Shown: positions 27,653 to 38,110, counted from the whole stretch's first letter. The stretch is 63,738 nucleotides of DNA, filler included, from Candidatus Fermentibacterota bacterium (GCA_016928395.1; 8 parts of 8 records of this genome joined end to end with filler, not necessarily neighbours in it), one strand, 5' to 3'. Program-made: numbers and translations. Notes: generated by a model from the letters alone, not told the origin.

Positions 27653-28762
27653 TCAGCGCACCTTGAGGGACACGAGACTGATGACCATGAGCAGACCTGA
27701 TACGATCCAGAACCTGACCGCGATCTTTGTCTCGGCCATGCCCATGTACTGGAACGTGTGGTGCAACGGTGCCCGATAAATGATCCGTCGTTTGAGAATC
27801 CGAAGACCCACCCAGTCCTGGAGCACCACCGAGAGCACCTCCGCGAGGAACACTCCGCCCGCCAGGAGGAAGAGCACCTCTTGACGAAGCAACGCCGCCA
27901 GGGTACCCAGCACCCCCCCCAGGGGCAGAGACCCTGCATCCCCCATGAAGACCTCCGCCGGGTAGGCATTGTACCAGAGAAACCCCACCGACGCGCCAAC
28001 CATCCCCGCACAGAAAATGGCCAACTCCCCTGCGCCTGGCATCTTGATGAACTGCAGGTAGGAGCTATATACTTGGTTTCCCAGGACATAGCCGAACACT
28101 CCGTAGACAGCCGCCACGAAGAAGGCCGGCACCACCGCGAGGCCGTCGAGGCCATCGGCGAAGTTTACCGCATTGGCGGCAAACGTGATGATCAGGGCCG
28201 TGAGCAGAACCGATCCCCATCCCAAAGTGGCCACCGGCGTCTTGACAAAGGGAAGCTGCAACACGTCGCGGAGTTCGGGCGGTAGGGGGCTTGTGGCCGG
28301 CAGATACAGAATGATGCCCAGCCCGATCCCAAACACGGCCTGCAGGCCGAACTTTGGCCACCGGCTGAGACCCTTCTCAGAGTCACGGTGGCGGTTCTTC
28401 TTCAGATCGTCCACCAGGCCCAGGGCCGAAAACCACACCAGCGAACCCCCCACGAGGAGTACGTAGGGATTGGAGAGATCGCACCACAACAGCGCGGCCA
28501 CGGCGGTGGCGACCACGATAATCACGCCGCCCATGGTCGGGGTGCCACGCTTGCCTGAGACGTCGATAACGCCGTAGTCTCTGACGCGGTCCGTGAGCCC
28601 TGCACGGAACAAGGCCAGAATGCCCCGTTGTCCCGCCAGGACACTGATAGCCAGCCCCGTAAGGGCGGCAAACATGGCCCGACTCGTGATGTAGTTGAAG
28701 AGCCGGAGGAAGGAGAATGGACCATCTGGTTCGAAAAATGAATCGTAGAGCAGGTTAAGCAT
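27653..28762 (-). CDS. mraY: Phospho-N-acetylmuramoyl-pentapeptide transferase
   Basis: GTPTMGG, DD, NAVNFADGLDGL, FMGDAGSL, APLHH. Confidence 0.97.
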   Translation of the reverse strand: MLNLLYDSFFEPDGPFSFLRLFNYITSRAMFAALTGLAISVLAGQRGILALFRAGLTDRVRDYGVIDVSGKRGTPTMGGVIIVVATAVAALLWCDLSNPYVLLVGGSLVWFSALGLVDDLKKNRHRDSEKGLSRWPKFGLQAVFGIGLGIILYLPATSPLPPELRDVLQLPFVKTPVATLGWGSVLLTALIITFAANAVNFADGLDGLAVVPAFFVAAVYGVFGYVLGNQVYSSYLQFIKMPGAGELAIFCAGMVGASVGFLWYNAYPAEVFMGDAGSLPLGGVLGTLAALLRQEVLFLLAGGVFLAEVLSVVLQDWVGLRILKRRIIYRAPLHHTFQYMGMAETKIAVRFWIVSGLLMVISLVSLKVR

Positions 28763-30767
28763 GATCGTGTGCCCTCAAAGCCTGACTCAGGAGCGCCAGC
28801 GAGTCCTTCAGCTCGAACAAAGGCCTGAAACCAGTGGAGGTAAGGAGAAGGCCGCGGATCGCCCCCTCAATTCTCGTTCGGTCCTGGGGCGACAACGCAT
28901 CCCTGTTTGCCAGCCGGCGAAGCCCGTCCACCGCTGCGGCCCTCACCTTCCAGTTTGGATCGAGAAAGCGGCCGATGAGCAGAGACGCGGGTGCCTCACC
29001 TTTGTCTACCTCGCCAAGAGCGGCCAGCGCCGCGGCGCGCACTTCGAAACGGGGGTCACCTGTCAGCGTCCGAATCATGGCGACGATCTCGACATCCGCC
29101 CGCACCGGCGCGGCCAAACCCATTGCCAGACGGCAGCCCGCGCTTCGAATCTCGAAGTAGCGATCCTGGATCGCATATACGATGGCGCCGCGGACGGCTT
29201 CGCTCCAGACACCGATTCCCGCCAGGGCCGTCAGGGCATTCCGCCGGATGAAACCGTTCTCCTCATGGAGAAGGCCCGCCCAACGCTGCCACCGCGTGGG
29301 GTGGCGACGCCGCTGCACCACCAGAGAGGCGATAAGGTCCGCACGCTCGGCATGGCCTAATGCGCCCGCCAACTTCACTCCCCAGTTGCGCTCCTCCCAT
29401 TTCGATGAAGCCAGATACCCATCCGTGCGGTACTGGAGGTATGCCCGCTCTTCGATGGAGAGCGCAACGGAGCCCTTCCCCCGGGAGACGACACGGGCCA
29501 ACAACGCTGAGGCGGAAAGCGCGGTGAGGGGCTCGACTGCACCGTCGATGGTCGGCCACGCACTCATGGGAACAGGTGCCTCGGGAAGCACTCCTCGTGC
29601 CAGGCTGACTATCATGTGAGCCAAACGCGACGCCGCATTGGGGGTTGCCAAGGATTCCGCCTTCTTCGCCACGCGCGCCCGGCGCCCGGGATCGGCCAGC
29701 AGATCGAGTACGCGGGCGGCCAGCTCATCAGGCGGGAGGTAATCGACCACGCCCCCATCCGTCCTCAACGGGCGTTCGTACAGAATCTCAGCGGCGCCCG
29801 CGGCCTGCAGCGCCAGGGCATTCTTGACCTGATGATCCCCCGGGAGGTTCGCCTTAGGCACCAGGAGAGCCGCTTTGCCCATGACGCAGAGCTCGTTCAA
29901 GGTGCCCGCTCCTGCCCTGCTGACAACAAGATCCGCGGCGGATAGATACACTGCGATGGGATCCAGATAGTCGAGCCTGCGATACCGCGCCGGATCGGGT
30001 GGAACCGCCAGTGCGGCCACGGCGCGATTGGTATCAGCCACCGGATCATACCCGCCCCCCATGGGGCGCCCGGTGGCATGAATGACGAGAATCCCCTCGT
30101 TCGCGGTCAGGGCAGGCAGTGCTGCCACGATGCCGCGATTCAGAGACCGCGACCCCAGGCTTCCACCGAAAACCAGCACGACCCTCCGGTGCCCATCGAT
30201 GCCCAGATCACGGCGGGCATCTTCCCTCGGCAGCGGAGTAGTGATTCGTGCCCGTACCGGATACCCCGAAACCAAGACGCGGCCCGCGGAGAAGTAACCC
30301 GCGGCGGACGGGTAGGTCGACGCGATCACCGTGGCCCAGGATCCGGCGAGGCGATTGAGCCTGCCCGGCACCGCATTCTGCTCGTGGAGCAACACCGGGA
30401 CCCGTGAGATGCCAAGCCTGGTCAGCAGGTGGTTCGCCATCACCACGGGTGCGGAGACATACCCGCCCGTGCCGACAATCACGTCGGGCCGCCACCGCCG
30501 TAGCAGGAGCATGGCCTTCCCCACGCCCGCGGCCATGGTCAACCCGAATCTCATGAGCGCCGCCGGCGATGTACCCGCGGGAAGACCCCTGGCGCATACG
30601 AAACGCAGGGGGATTCCGGTGGGTGGCACCAGCTCCGCTTCTGCCCTTCCCCTCACACCGACATAGAGAAACCGGGCTTCGCTGTCTTTGGAGCGAACAT
30701 GCTCCGCCATTGCCAGGGCGGGATAGACATGACCGCCGGTCCCGCCTCCGGTAAGCAGGTAGTTCAC
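28755..30767 (-). CDS. murG: MurG glycosyltransferase fused to a C-terminal HEAT-repeat domain
   Basis: GGGTGGHVYP, HEQN, GGSLG, SRAGA, HQVKNA, then about 270 aa with DRYFEIR / DPRFEVR / DPNWKVR HEAT repeats. Confidence 0.9.
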   Translation of the reverse strand: MNYLLTGGGTGGHVYPALAMAEHVRSKDSEARFLYVGVRGRAEAELVPPTGIPLRFVCARGLPAGTSPAALMRFGLTMAAGVGKAMLLLRRWRPDVIVGTGGYVSAPVVMANHLLTRLGISRVPVLLHEQNAVPGRLNRLAGSWATVIASTYPSAAGYFSAGRVLVSGYPVRARITTPLPREDARRDLGIDGHRRVVLVFGGSLGSRSLNRGIVAALPALTANEGILVIHATGRPMGGGYDPVADTNRAVAALAVPPDPARYRRLDYLDPIAVYLSAADLVVSRAGAGTLNELCVMGKAALLVPKANLPGDHQVKNALALQAAGAAEILYERPLRTDGGVVDYLPPDELAARVLDLLADPGRRARVAKKAESLATPNAASRLAHMIVSLARGVLPEAPVPMSAWPTIDGAVEPLTALSASALLARVVSRGKGSVALSIEERAYLQYRTDGYLASSKWEERNWGVKLAGALGHAERADLIASLVVQRRRHPTRWQRWAGLLHEENGFIRRNALTALAGIGVWSEAVRGAIVYAIQDRYFEIRSAGCRLAMGLAAPVRADVEIVAMIRTLTGDPRFEVRAAALAALGEVDKGEAPASLLIGRFLDPNWKVRAAAVDGLRRLANRDALSPQDRTRIEGAIRGLLLTSTGFRPLFELKDSLALLSQALRAHDHA

Positions 30768-30771
30768 CGGA

Positions 30772-32235
30772 TCACCGCCCTCTCTCCCCGTTGCCTTCCC
30801 TCGGCGACGAGTCAGCCCTGCCCGCTGATGGCTCGGCAAGCACCCGTTCCTTCAGCACACTCACGTCCTGGATACCCTCCTCGATCTGGATTTCATACGC
30901 TCTCCGCAGCAATGCACCCATCCGGGGGCCCGGCGTTACACCCTCCTGCAACAGATGCCTCCCCAGGAGCAGAGGCTCCACAGGCTGGTTTAGGACTCCC
31001 GCCTCCCGGGCCGCGGCCAGGAGCCACTCACCGGCAGGAAACGCGCCATTCTGACGCGCTCCCGAACCTCGGTAGTCGGCTCTGCTGCACCGCTCAAGAA
31101 GCACGATATCGGTCTCCGGCGCCAGGCGGCGGGCGAGCCGGCGCACCGCAGCCAGCGTCGATGATTGGCCGTGGAGGAAGTCCGGCGTGAGGTGCCACCG
31201 TACCAGCTTCTCGACACCGGCAATGATAGACCGGTCCTTTGTGAACCTTGTCAAGAAGCGCGAGGCCAGGGCGACGCCGGCCTCGGAATGACCCATGGAT
31301 CTGATACGACCATCCCGAAGTCGGGTGGTGCACACCTTGCCGAAGTCGTGGCACAGCACCCCGAACATGAGTACCAGGTCTCTGCGCGAATCACCTGTGC
31401 GCAGTGACACGGCGGCGTCAAGGCTGGCGAGCACATGTTCCCAGACATCACCCTCCGGGTGCCAGGTCTCGTCCTGCGGCACCCCAACCAACGAGGCGAC
31501 CTCGGGCAGAAACCTGATCCAGCCGGTGATGAGAAGAAAACGCAGTCCCAGACTCGGAGCGCGCCCCAGGAGCATCTTGGCCAGTTCTCCGAACACCCGC
31601 TCGGCGGGGAGGTTCTCGGCGCCGACCTGCCGGGCACATTGGATGAGTCTCGGGCTGGGAGTCAGAAGAAAACGGGAGAGGAACTGGGCGGCACGCAAGA
31701 CCCGCAGCGGATCGTCACCGAAGCGTCTGGGGTCCACAACTTCCAGAAGCCCTGACCGGAAATGCGCCTCTCCGTTCCATGGGTCAAGCACCTCCATGGT
31801 GAAGGGGTCAAATCCCATGGCGTTCATCGTGAAGTCACGGCGGTGCGCAGCCTCTTGGAACGGCATGTCGGGGACCGCCTCCACAGCGAAACCCCTGTGT
31901 CCAAGACCAGTGAGGGAATCTCGACGGGGAAGGGAGAACTCCACGTTCGCTCCCTCTACCTTGTACACGGCGAATGCCTTGCCCGCCAGAACCAGGGGGA
32001 CCATGGAACCAAGCACCTCCTCAAGGGTTTCGGCGCACATCCCCACGACCTCTATGTCGATGTCGGCAGATTCTCCGCCCGCCACCAGGTCTCGGACCCA
32101 CCCGCCAACAATCATCGGGCGAGCTCCCTCATCACGCAACCGCTGCACCAGGGCATGCAGAGTGGGACCACCAGCGAAGACAGGACGCTGCAATACGGCA
32201 TGGACTCGGTCGGCGACTTGACTATCCATACGCAC
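30772..32235 (-). CDS. cca: CCA tRNA nucleotidyltransferase family protein with HD domain
   Basis: VGGWVRD, DIDIEV, RRDFTMNAM, DDPLRVLR, HPEGDVWEH, HDFGK. Confidence 0.85.
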   Translation of the reverse strand: MRMDSQVADRVHAVLQRPVFAGGPTLHALVQRLRDEGARPMIVGGWVRDLVAGGESADIDIEVVGMCAETLEEVLGSMVPLVLAGKAFAVYKVEGANVEFSLPRRDSLTGLGHRGFAVEAVPDMPFQEAAHRRDFTMNAMGFDPFTMEVLDPWNGEAHFRSGLLEVVDPRRFGDDPLRVLRAAQFLSRFLLTPSPRLIQCARQVGAENLPAERVFGELAKMLLGRAPSLGLRFLLITGWIRFLPEVASLVGVPQDETWHPEGDVWEHVLASLDAAVSLRTGDSRRDLVLMFGVLCHDFGKVCTTRLRDGRIRSMGHSEAGVALASRFLTRFTKDRSIIAGVEKLVRWHLTPDFLHGQSSTLAAVRRLARRLAPETDIVLLERCSRADYRGSGARQNGAFPAGEWLLAAAREAGVLNQPVEPLLLGRHLLQEGVTPGPRMGALLRRAYEIQIEEGIQDVSVLKERVLAEPSAGRADSSPREGNGERGR

Positions 32236-32791
32236 GGGAGTCCTCCGGAACAGTGACGTGTTCTGGGTTCAGGCTTCGGGCAGCACCCGGATTCGCCTCC
32301 ATACTCAGCTCCCTCGCCTTTCCCCACAAACGGTGTGGCTGTACCCAAGGCNNNNNNNNNNNNNNNNNNNNNNNNNNNNNNNNNNNNNNNNNNNNTTAAT
32401 TAATTAANNNNNNNNNNNNNNNNNNNNNNNNNNNNNNNNNNNNNNNNNNNNGGACTCTGTGCCCGCCCGTGTAGCGAAGGGCGACCGATTTGCCACTGTG
32501 TAGCGTACTCTCAACCCTGAGAATTCTGAGGGAGCCCCCCGACCTCAGAGGCCGCACTGAACCCCGAACCCTGAACCCTGAACCCTCATGCCCGCGGCAT
32601 GCCGTGCCCTCACAATGCGCCCCCAATGCTCGGTAGCAACAACGGCGACTGCCGGGATGGGGTCGTCCCCGGGTTCATCTGCGCCGACAAGGCACTCACG
32701 CTCACTCGCCTCACGAGGCTGGACAGCCGGCGCATCATCTGCTAAACTCCGCCATGATGCGAATGTCACTTCTCGTCTCGTTGTAGGAACC

Positions 32792-35101
32792 ATGATCATT
32801 CTTATACTCCTCATGGCATTGAGTGCGGCCGCGACTGCAGAGTGGAATCTGACGCGGGAGATATCTCCGGCATCAGAGGATTCTCTGTGCGTCTGGACCC
32901 TCGACACCGGCGCCGGGCCTCTATGGAGCCTGCCGGCCGGCGGCGAGATTCACTGGTCCTGCTTTCAGGCCGGAGCCGATGATTCCCTGCTGCTTCCCTG
33001 GCAGTCCATTGCGGAGGATTGTACCCTCGACGTGGCCGTATCGGTTGAGGGCCCTGCAGGCCGGGTGCGCTGCCAGATAGGATGCGTGGTCGAAAACGGC
33101 GACATCCAGCCGGTCACTCTCCGGGATGCTGGCTCTTCCAGCCCTGACAGTGAGGAGGAAGGCTGGATCGTCTCCCCCGCGGAGGTGCAGGTACAGGAGA
33201 GCGTTTCACAGCGACTGATGGGGGTGTGTGTCCGGACGGCCACTGCCACCGGCCTGGCCAGCCCCGCCTCCATCCGGATCACACGCCTTCGGGTGCATGC
33301 CGGCGGGCGCACGGCCTCCCTGGCGCCCACACCCCGCCCCGTGAGTGTGGCGGCGGGCTCCGCGTTGCGCTCCGCCTGGCAGCTGCCGTCCGTGACGGGG
33401 GCGCAGTGGAGGCTTGAGACCTCGACCATCGGCATGCCGGAATCCTCGGTCGCCTGGGTCTGGTGGCCTCTGGCTGCAGGCGAGCGGGCGGACGAGAGGC
33501 GACTACTCTGGAGTGTTTCCAGGCTGGCGGAGGGGTGGCGGATGGCGGACCTGCGGCACGGCACGGGCTATGCCGATACCCTTGTTGGGCTCCTCGAGCC
33601 CCCGGCCGATGGGGGAGACAGCCTCCAGCTGACTCTGGCTCTCGAAGTAAGGGAGGGAGGCCTCGTGGATGGCGTGGTGGTGCGTGGCCGGCCCCGTGCG
33701 CCTCGGGCGGGCGAACTGAGTATCGTACAGGTGATGTGCGCTCCGGCAGAAGATGAGTTCGTCCAGATAGCCAATCGCCTTCCATGGTCACTTTCTTTGC
33801 CTGCCCTTCGCATCGAGGTGAATGGCGAGGACTGCACCTGTGGCGAAATCAACATTCCGGCCCACGGCTCGGTGGCCATCATGCGGCCCGAGTGTCCGGG
33901 CCTTGTGGTACCCAATGACGAAGCCCGGATTCGGCTGCTATGCAATGGGTGGGAGATGGACGAGATCAGTTTCGGGCCAGGGCATCCCGCGCCCGCGCCT
34001 CCCTACGGTTGGGCGCTGCGCCGCGACTCCGTCTACACGATGGAGCGGGCACCCATGCCGGATCTGACAGGCGCGGCTTTTCCCGTTGACCACACCCTGG
34101 ATGGGGGTTCGGTGGCTCTGACCGAGCTGTTACTGTGGCCGTTGGATGGCCCCGATCGCTTCGTGGAGATCGCGCACATGGCGGGTGACGCGGTGGAGTT
34201 GGAGGGCTGGGCGCTACTGTGTGAAGGTGCATTCGTCTTTCCGGAGGAGACGAAGCTGGGGCCGGAGGGAGTCATCGTGGTCGCGGCCGATGGTTTCCCA
34301 TCCTCGTTTGCCCTCAACCCCGCGGCAGGAGAGGTAACATTGATCGATCGGTGGGGACGCATCGTCGATCGTGTCCACTGGGGTTCTCCCCCTCCGCCTG
34401 GGCACTCGCTCAGCCGCATCGTGTCTCACGCCGAAAAGGGCGGTGCGTGGCTTCCCGCCTTTCCCACACCGGGTGCAAACCTCGCTCTGCCCCGACTGTG
34501 TACGGTGGAGGTAACCACCACCGGCGATGGCCGCGTCGTGCAATGGGAGTGTGCCTATGCAGCAGATGTGGTCTTCTCCGTATACCGGGCGTTGGTATCA
34601 CAACCCGATGCCCGAATACAGGTCTCGACACTTCCCATCGGCGGGGCACCCCCGTACAGCTTTGTTGACATAGATGTCGATCCAGAGCAGACCTACCTCT
34701 ACTGGATCGCCGCTATGGGCCCCACCGGGGAGGAGGCGTCCGTGGGTCCGGTCCTCTCCGCACCCAACGCCACACCTCTCCGTATGGCCATCGGTCCCGC
34801 CACGCCGAACCCCTTCCGAAGCGTGACCACCGTACCGTACTCTATCTATGGCGTCACTTCGGAGGAAGGGCGCATCGTCCAGGAGTTCGAGGCTGGGCAC
34901 CGTATGCGCGTCGGGGTGTATACGGTGGGGGGAGGCCTCTTGAAGGTGTTCGAAACCGATTGCCTCCAAGACGGCTCATTCCGTGTCGTGTGGGATGGCT
35001 GTGACGATACCGGGCGCCTCTGTCCCCCTGGCGTCTACGTCGTCAGCCTCCAGGTCGGCCCGTATGTACGATCGGCACGGGTCGTGTTCGCAGGGCCATA
35101 G
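32792..35101 (+). CDS. Secreted protein with lamin-tail-like domains and C-terminal FlgD-Ig (T9SS type A-like) tail
   Basis: Signal peptide; VALTEL...FVEI...PTPGAN; PNPF...VWDG.D..G...PGVY. Confidence 0.7.
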   Translation: MIILILLMALSAAATAEWNLTREISPASEDSLCVWTLDTGAGPLWSLPAGGEIHWSCFQAGADDSLLLPWQSIAEDCTLDVAVSVEGPAGRVRCQIGCVVENGDIQPVTLRDAGSSSPDSEEEGWIVSPAEVQVQESVSQRLMGVCVRTATATGLASPASIRITRLRVHAGGRTASLAPTPRPVSVAAGSALRSAWQLPSVTGAQWRLETSTIGMPESSVAWVWWPLAAGERADERRLLWSVSRLAEGWRMADLRHGTGYADTLVGLLEPPADGGDSLQLTLALEVREGGLVDGVVVRGRPRAPRAGELSIVQVMCAPAEDEFVQIANRLPWSLSLPALRIEVNGEDCTCGEINIPAHGSVAIMRPECPGLVVPNDEARIRLLCNGWEMDEISFGPGHPAPAPPYGWALRRDSVYTMERAPMPDLTGAAFPVDHTLDGGSVALTELLLWPLDGPDRFVEIAHMAGDAVELEGWALLCEGAFVFPEETKLGPEGVIVVAADGFPSSFALNPAAGEVTLIDRWGRIVDRVHWGSPPPPGHSLSRIVSHAEKGGAWLPAFPTPGANLALPRLCTVEVTTTGDGRVVQWECAYAADVVFSVYRALVSQPDARIQVSTLPIGGAPPYSFVDIDVDPEQTYLYWIAAMGPTGEEASVGPVLSAPNATPLRMAIGPATPNPFRSVTTVPYSIYGVTSEEGRIVQEFEAGHRMRVGVYTVGGGLLKVFETDCLQDGSFRVVWDGCDDTGRLCPPGVYVVSLQVGPYVRSARVVFAGP

Positions 35102-35137
35102 CCAGTACACACTCCATACCGGGGAGGATACCCTGTC

Positions 35138-35791
35138 ATGAAGTTCTTTCTCGATACCGCCCACGTGCCCGACATCCGAAAGGCCGCCGGCATGGGAATC
35201 GCCGACGGGGTGACCACCAACCCCAGCCTCGTGGCCAAGGAGGGGCGGGACTTCATACCGCTCGTGCGCGAGATCTGCGCCATCGTGGACGGGCCGGTCA
35301 GCGCCGAGGTGACGGCCGAGGATGCCGATGGCATGGTGCGCCAGGGGCGGGATCTAGCGGGCATCGCCGGCAATGTGATCATCAAGGTACCCTTCGGGCA
35401 GGAGGGCCTTCAGGCGGTACGCGCGCTGGAGGCGGAGAAGATCGCGACCAATGTGACCTTGGTCTTCTCTCCTTTGCAGGCGCTGCTGGCCGCCCGGGCG
35501 GGGGCCAGCTACATATCGCCCTTTATCGGCAGGCTTGATGATGTCGGCCACCGCGGCATGGACGTGGTGGAGCAGGCCCTGGATGTGCTGGCCAACTACG
35601 ATCTCCATTCTCAGATCATCGTGGCAAGTATCCGCCACCCTCTGCACGTCCTTGAAGCCGCGCTCATCGGCGCGCCTATCGTGACGGTGCCGCCAGCAGT
35701 TCTGTGGAAGCTATTCGATCACCCCCTGACTGACATTGGCGTGGCGAGATTCAAGGCCGATTGGCAAGGGCTTCAGGAAAAGCTCCGATGA
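35138..35791 (+). CDS. tal: Transaldolase / fructose-6-phosphate aldolase (TalC type)
   Basis: FFLDTA, GVTTNPSL, IKVP, NVTLVFS, SPFIGR, ASIRHP, HPLTD. Confidence 0.95.
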   Translation: MKFFLDTAHVPDIRKAAGMGIADGVTTNPSLVAKEGRDFIPLVREICAIVDGPVSAEVTAEDADGMVRQGRDLAGIAGNVIIKVPFGQEGLQAVRALEAEKIATNVTLVFSPLQALLAARAGASYISPFIGRLDDVGHRGMDVVEQALDVLANYDLHSQIIVASIRHPLHVLEAALIGAPIVTVPPAVLWKLFDHPLTDIGVARFKADWQGLQEKLR

Positions 35792-35912
35792 TCCATTGGC
35801 TTGCCTGCCTTCTGGCCATTCTACAAATCGGGGACATCGGCGACTCGCGCCGTACCGCCATCGTCACGGCATCTGAGCTGGCGGGCGAATCGGTGGTCAG
35901 CATCAGCGTGAC
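35788..35912 (+). CDS. 5' fragment of a probable HtrA/DegQ-like exported protease (cut by linker)
   Basis: Signal peptide then SRRTAIVTA...SVVSISV; ATGA overlap with tal. Confidence 0.55.
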
Positions 35913-36125
35913 NNNNNNNNNNNNNNNNNNNNNNNNNNNNNNNNNNNNNNNNNNNNTTAATTAATTAANNNNNNNNNNNNNNNNNNNNNNNNNNNNNNNN
36001 NNNNNNNNNNNNACAGTGTACCACTCCTGCTTCCTTCGCCGTCCGGTCCTCATCGTGCGATGGCGCGTCATTGGGGTTTTGCAAGAGGCTCACATGTCAA
36101 AGCGTGGTCCCGCACCGCCGAATAC

Positions 36126-36250
36126 GGGGTCCTAACCCCGACTATTCTCCCGAAGTCGATGCCGCAGTCCGGGTACATAAGGAGGAAGCAGAGCCGCTCG
36201 ACGATACCACCATGGTGGCGGTGAAGATGGTATGAAGGGGTCCTAACCCC
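36126..36250. repeat. Two direct copies of the quasi-palindrome GGGGTCCTAACCCC
   Basis: 36126-36139 and 36237-36250. Confidence 0.8.
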
Positions 36251-36844
36251 TCAGACACGCCGCCCAAGAGCATCAGCGGAGCCGTTACTGCCCAGCGCGC
36301 ATGACCTCACGACGGCACGGTGCATGGCGAGCCCAAGTGCACTGTCGATGAGGGATGGGATGGCCACGAGGGCCGCAATCATGAGAACCACACCGATCGG
36401 CATCCCGCTTGTCGCATCTGGCCGAGAGGACAAGCCTGAGAGCAGCGCCCACACATCAGGGCTGGAAGCCGTCGCAAGCAGGGCCGTGAGGTGACCGTTC
36501 AGGTGGGTGATCACAAGGCCAGCCATCCCCGCAACGGCCAGAGCCCCGGCAGCGAGGATGCGCGGTCGCTCCCATGCTTCAAGGAACCACCCAATCCGCC
36601 GGGGTGCCGGCGTGATGGCCGGGCGGACGGAGGCGAGCGCCCTCCTGGTTTCTGCAACGAGGGCCGCTGAGACCTGCGGTTGGGGCGTCTCGCGAACGGC
36701 TGATGCGATCTCGGCCAACTCCTCGACGGCATCGCGGCACGACGGGCACCGCGCGAGATGCCGCGCACAGAGGATACGTCGCAACACGCCGAGTTCCCCA
36801 TTCACATAGTCGATCTTGACCAGTTCATCGTCACAAATGCGCAT
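36251..36844 (-). CDS. Zinc-finger (zf-HC2) membrane anti-sigma factor
   Basis: DYVNGEL, HLARCPSC (HxxxCxxC), two hydrophobic segments; overlaps sigma gene. Confidence 0.85.
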   Translation of the reverse strand: MRICDDELVKIDYVNGELGVLRRILCARHLARCPSCRDAVEELAEIASAVRETPQPQVSAALVAETRRALASVRPAITPAPRRIGWFLEAWERPRILAAGALAVAGMAGLVITHLNGHLTALLATASSPDVWALLSGLSSRPDATSGMPIGVVLMIAALVAIPSLIDSALGLAMHRAVVRSCALGSNGSADALGRRV

Positions 36845-37397
36845 CAGGGTCCTCCCCGAGAACGGTCCGGAGTCGCATCAGGCCGCGGTGGATATTGGTT
36901 TTCACGGTTCCCATGGGGATCGCGAGACACGCGGCGATCTCCCTGTAGCTGAGTTCTTCCAGGTAGTAGAGCGTGACGGGCATACGGTACTTGAGGGGCA
37001 ATCGATCGAGCGCGTGATCCAAAGTCGTCCGCCTCTCTCCTTCCTCGGCCTTGTCGGCGATGGAAGGGATGGTCTGGGTCTCAAGATCCTCCTCGCGCCA
37101 CTCGTCCAGCGAGTAGGCCGGATCCCCACGCATGCGCCTGATATGCGAGAGGCAGGTGTTCTGCGCCACGCGGTAGATCCACGTCGACAGCTTCGATTCG
37201 CGACGAAACGTGGGCATGCTCCTCGCCACGTTGAGGAACGTCTCTTGGAACAGGTCATCATGATACTGCGGGTCGGGAATCATGCGGTTGATGACATGGT
37301 ACACGAGGTCCTTGTGCTGGTCTACGAGAGTGTCCCCGTCGCGTCCCACTTCACAACTCCAGGCGGTTCCGGGCCATGCATTGATTCTGAGCTTCAT
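36831..37397 (-). CDS. ECF sigma factor (SigW-like)
   Basis: DDLFQETF, STWIYRVAQN, LSYREIA, PMGTVKTNIHRG; start uncertain (37397 or 37403). Confidence 0.9.
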   Translation of the reverse strand: MKLRINAWPGTAWSCEVGRDGDTLVDQHKDLVYHVINRMIPDPQYHDDLFQETFLNVARSMPTFRRESKLSTWIYRVAQNTCLSHIRRMRGDPAYSLDEWREEDLETQTIPSIADKAEEGERRTTLDHALDRLPLKYRMPVTLYYLEELSYREIAACLAIPMGTVKTNIHRGLMRLRTVLGEDPDAHL

Positions 37398-37403
37398 CCG
37401 CAT

Positions 37404-37484
37404 TAGTCGCCCAGAGTGTGTTCCCGGTTTCATCCCGCCCAACATATGTTCCCTGAAACAATCCGCCAATTCCCGATACTCATG
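37404..37484. promoter_or_regulatory. Divergent pair of ECF-type promoters with TGAAAC -35 elements
   Basis: Minus strand TGAAAC-N17-CGACTA (37432-37404); plus strand TGAAAC at 37454 then TACTCA at 37477; palindrome AACATATGTT at 37441-37450 between them. Confidence 0.55.
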
Positions 37485-37522
37485 AAGCGGAGACGGCGAC
37501 AATTCCAATCTGGAGGTGCCCT

Positions 37523-37948
37523 GTGTTTCATGTGCTCGTGTTGATGCCGCTGGTGTTTCTTGCGGTCTTGCTCGCCTTCGAGCGAAGGCGGCGACTCACC
37601 CGCACCTATCTGGAGATCGCCAAGTCACCCTCGTCTACTCCCGACGTACAACGCGAAGCGTTGCGCATGCTGGAGGCGCATACCCGCGGCAGTTCGCTCC
37701 GGCGCGGCATCTTCGGTACGGTCTTCGGCCTTGTTCTGGTCATCATTCCCCTGATGATGCGGGTGTTCATGAGGGCGATCCCCGAGGACGTGGTCAGCCG
37801 GGCTCCGGGGCTTGTGCCCGCCTTTGCGCAGCCGTGGGCCCAGATGGGGCTCTTGCTCATCGCCGGACTGGTGGTTCTCGGCTACGGGATTGCCAACCTG
37901 GCGGTATGGCTTCTTGCCGACCGGCACAAGGAGGCAAAGACGGCATAG
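37523..37948 (+). CDS. Small membrane protein (3 TM, possibly DUF6249-like)
   Basis: GGAGG SD, three hydrophobic segments, divergent from ECF sigma. Confidence 0.65.
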   Translation: MFHVLVLMPLVFLAVLLAFERRRRLTRTYLEIAKSPSSTPDVQREALRMLEAHTRGSSLRRGIFGTVFGLVLVIIPLMMRVFMRAIPEDVVSRAPGLVPAFAQPWAQMGLLLIAGLVVLGYGIANLAVWLLADRHKEAKTA

Positions 37949-38110
37949 CCCGGTGCTCGCGCCGACTTGACGCCGTGTCCGCCCGGCTGCTCACTGGCCC
38001 CCGCCGGTAAGCAGCCGAGGCGCTTTGCCCAGTGCGAACATGGGCAATCTTGCCGTGGACGGCTCTGGGGGAGCGGCGTGAGAACGGCCACACTACGCTG
38101 GAGTCTCGTC

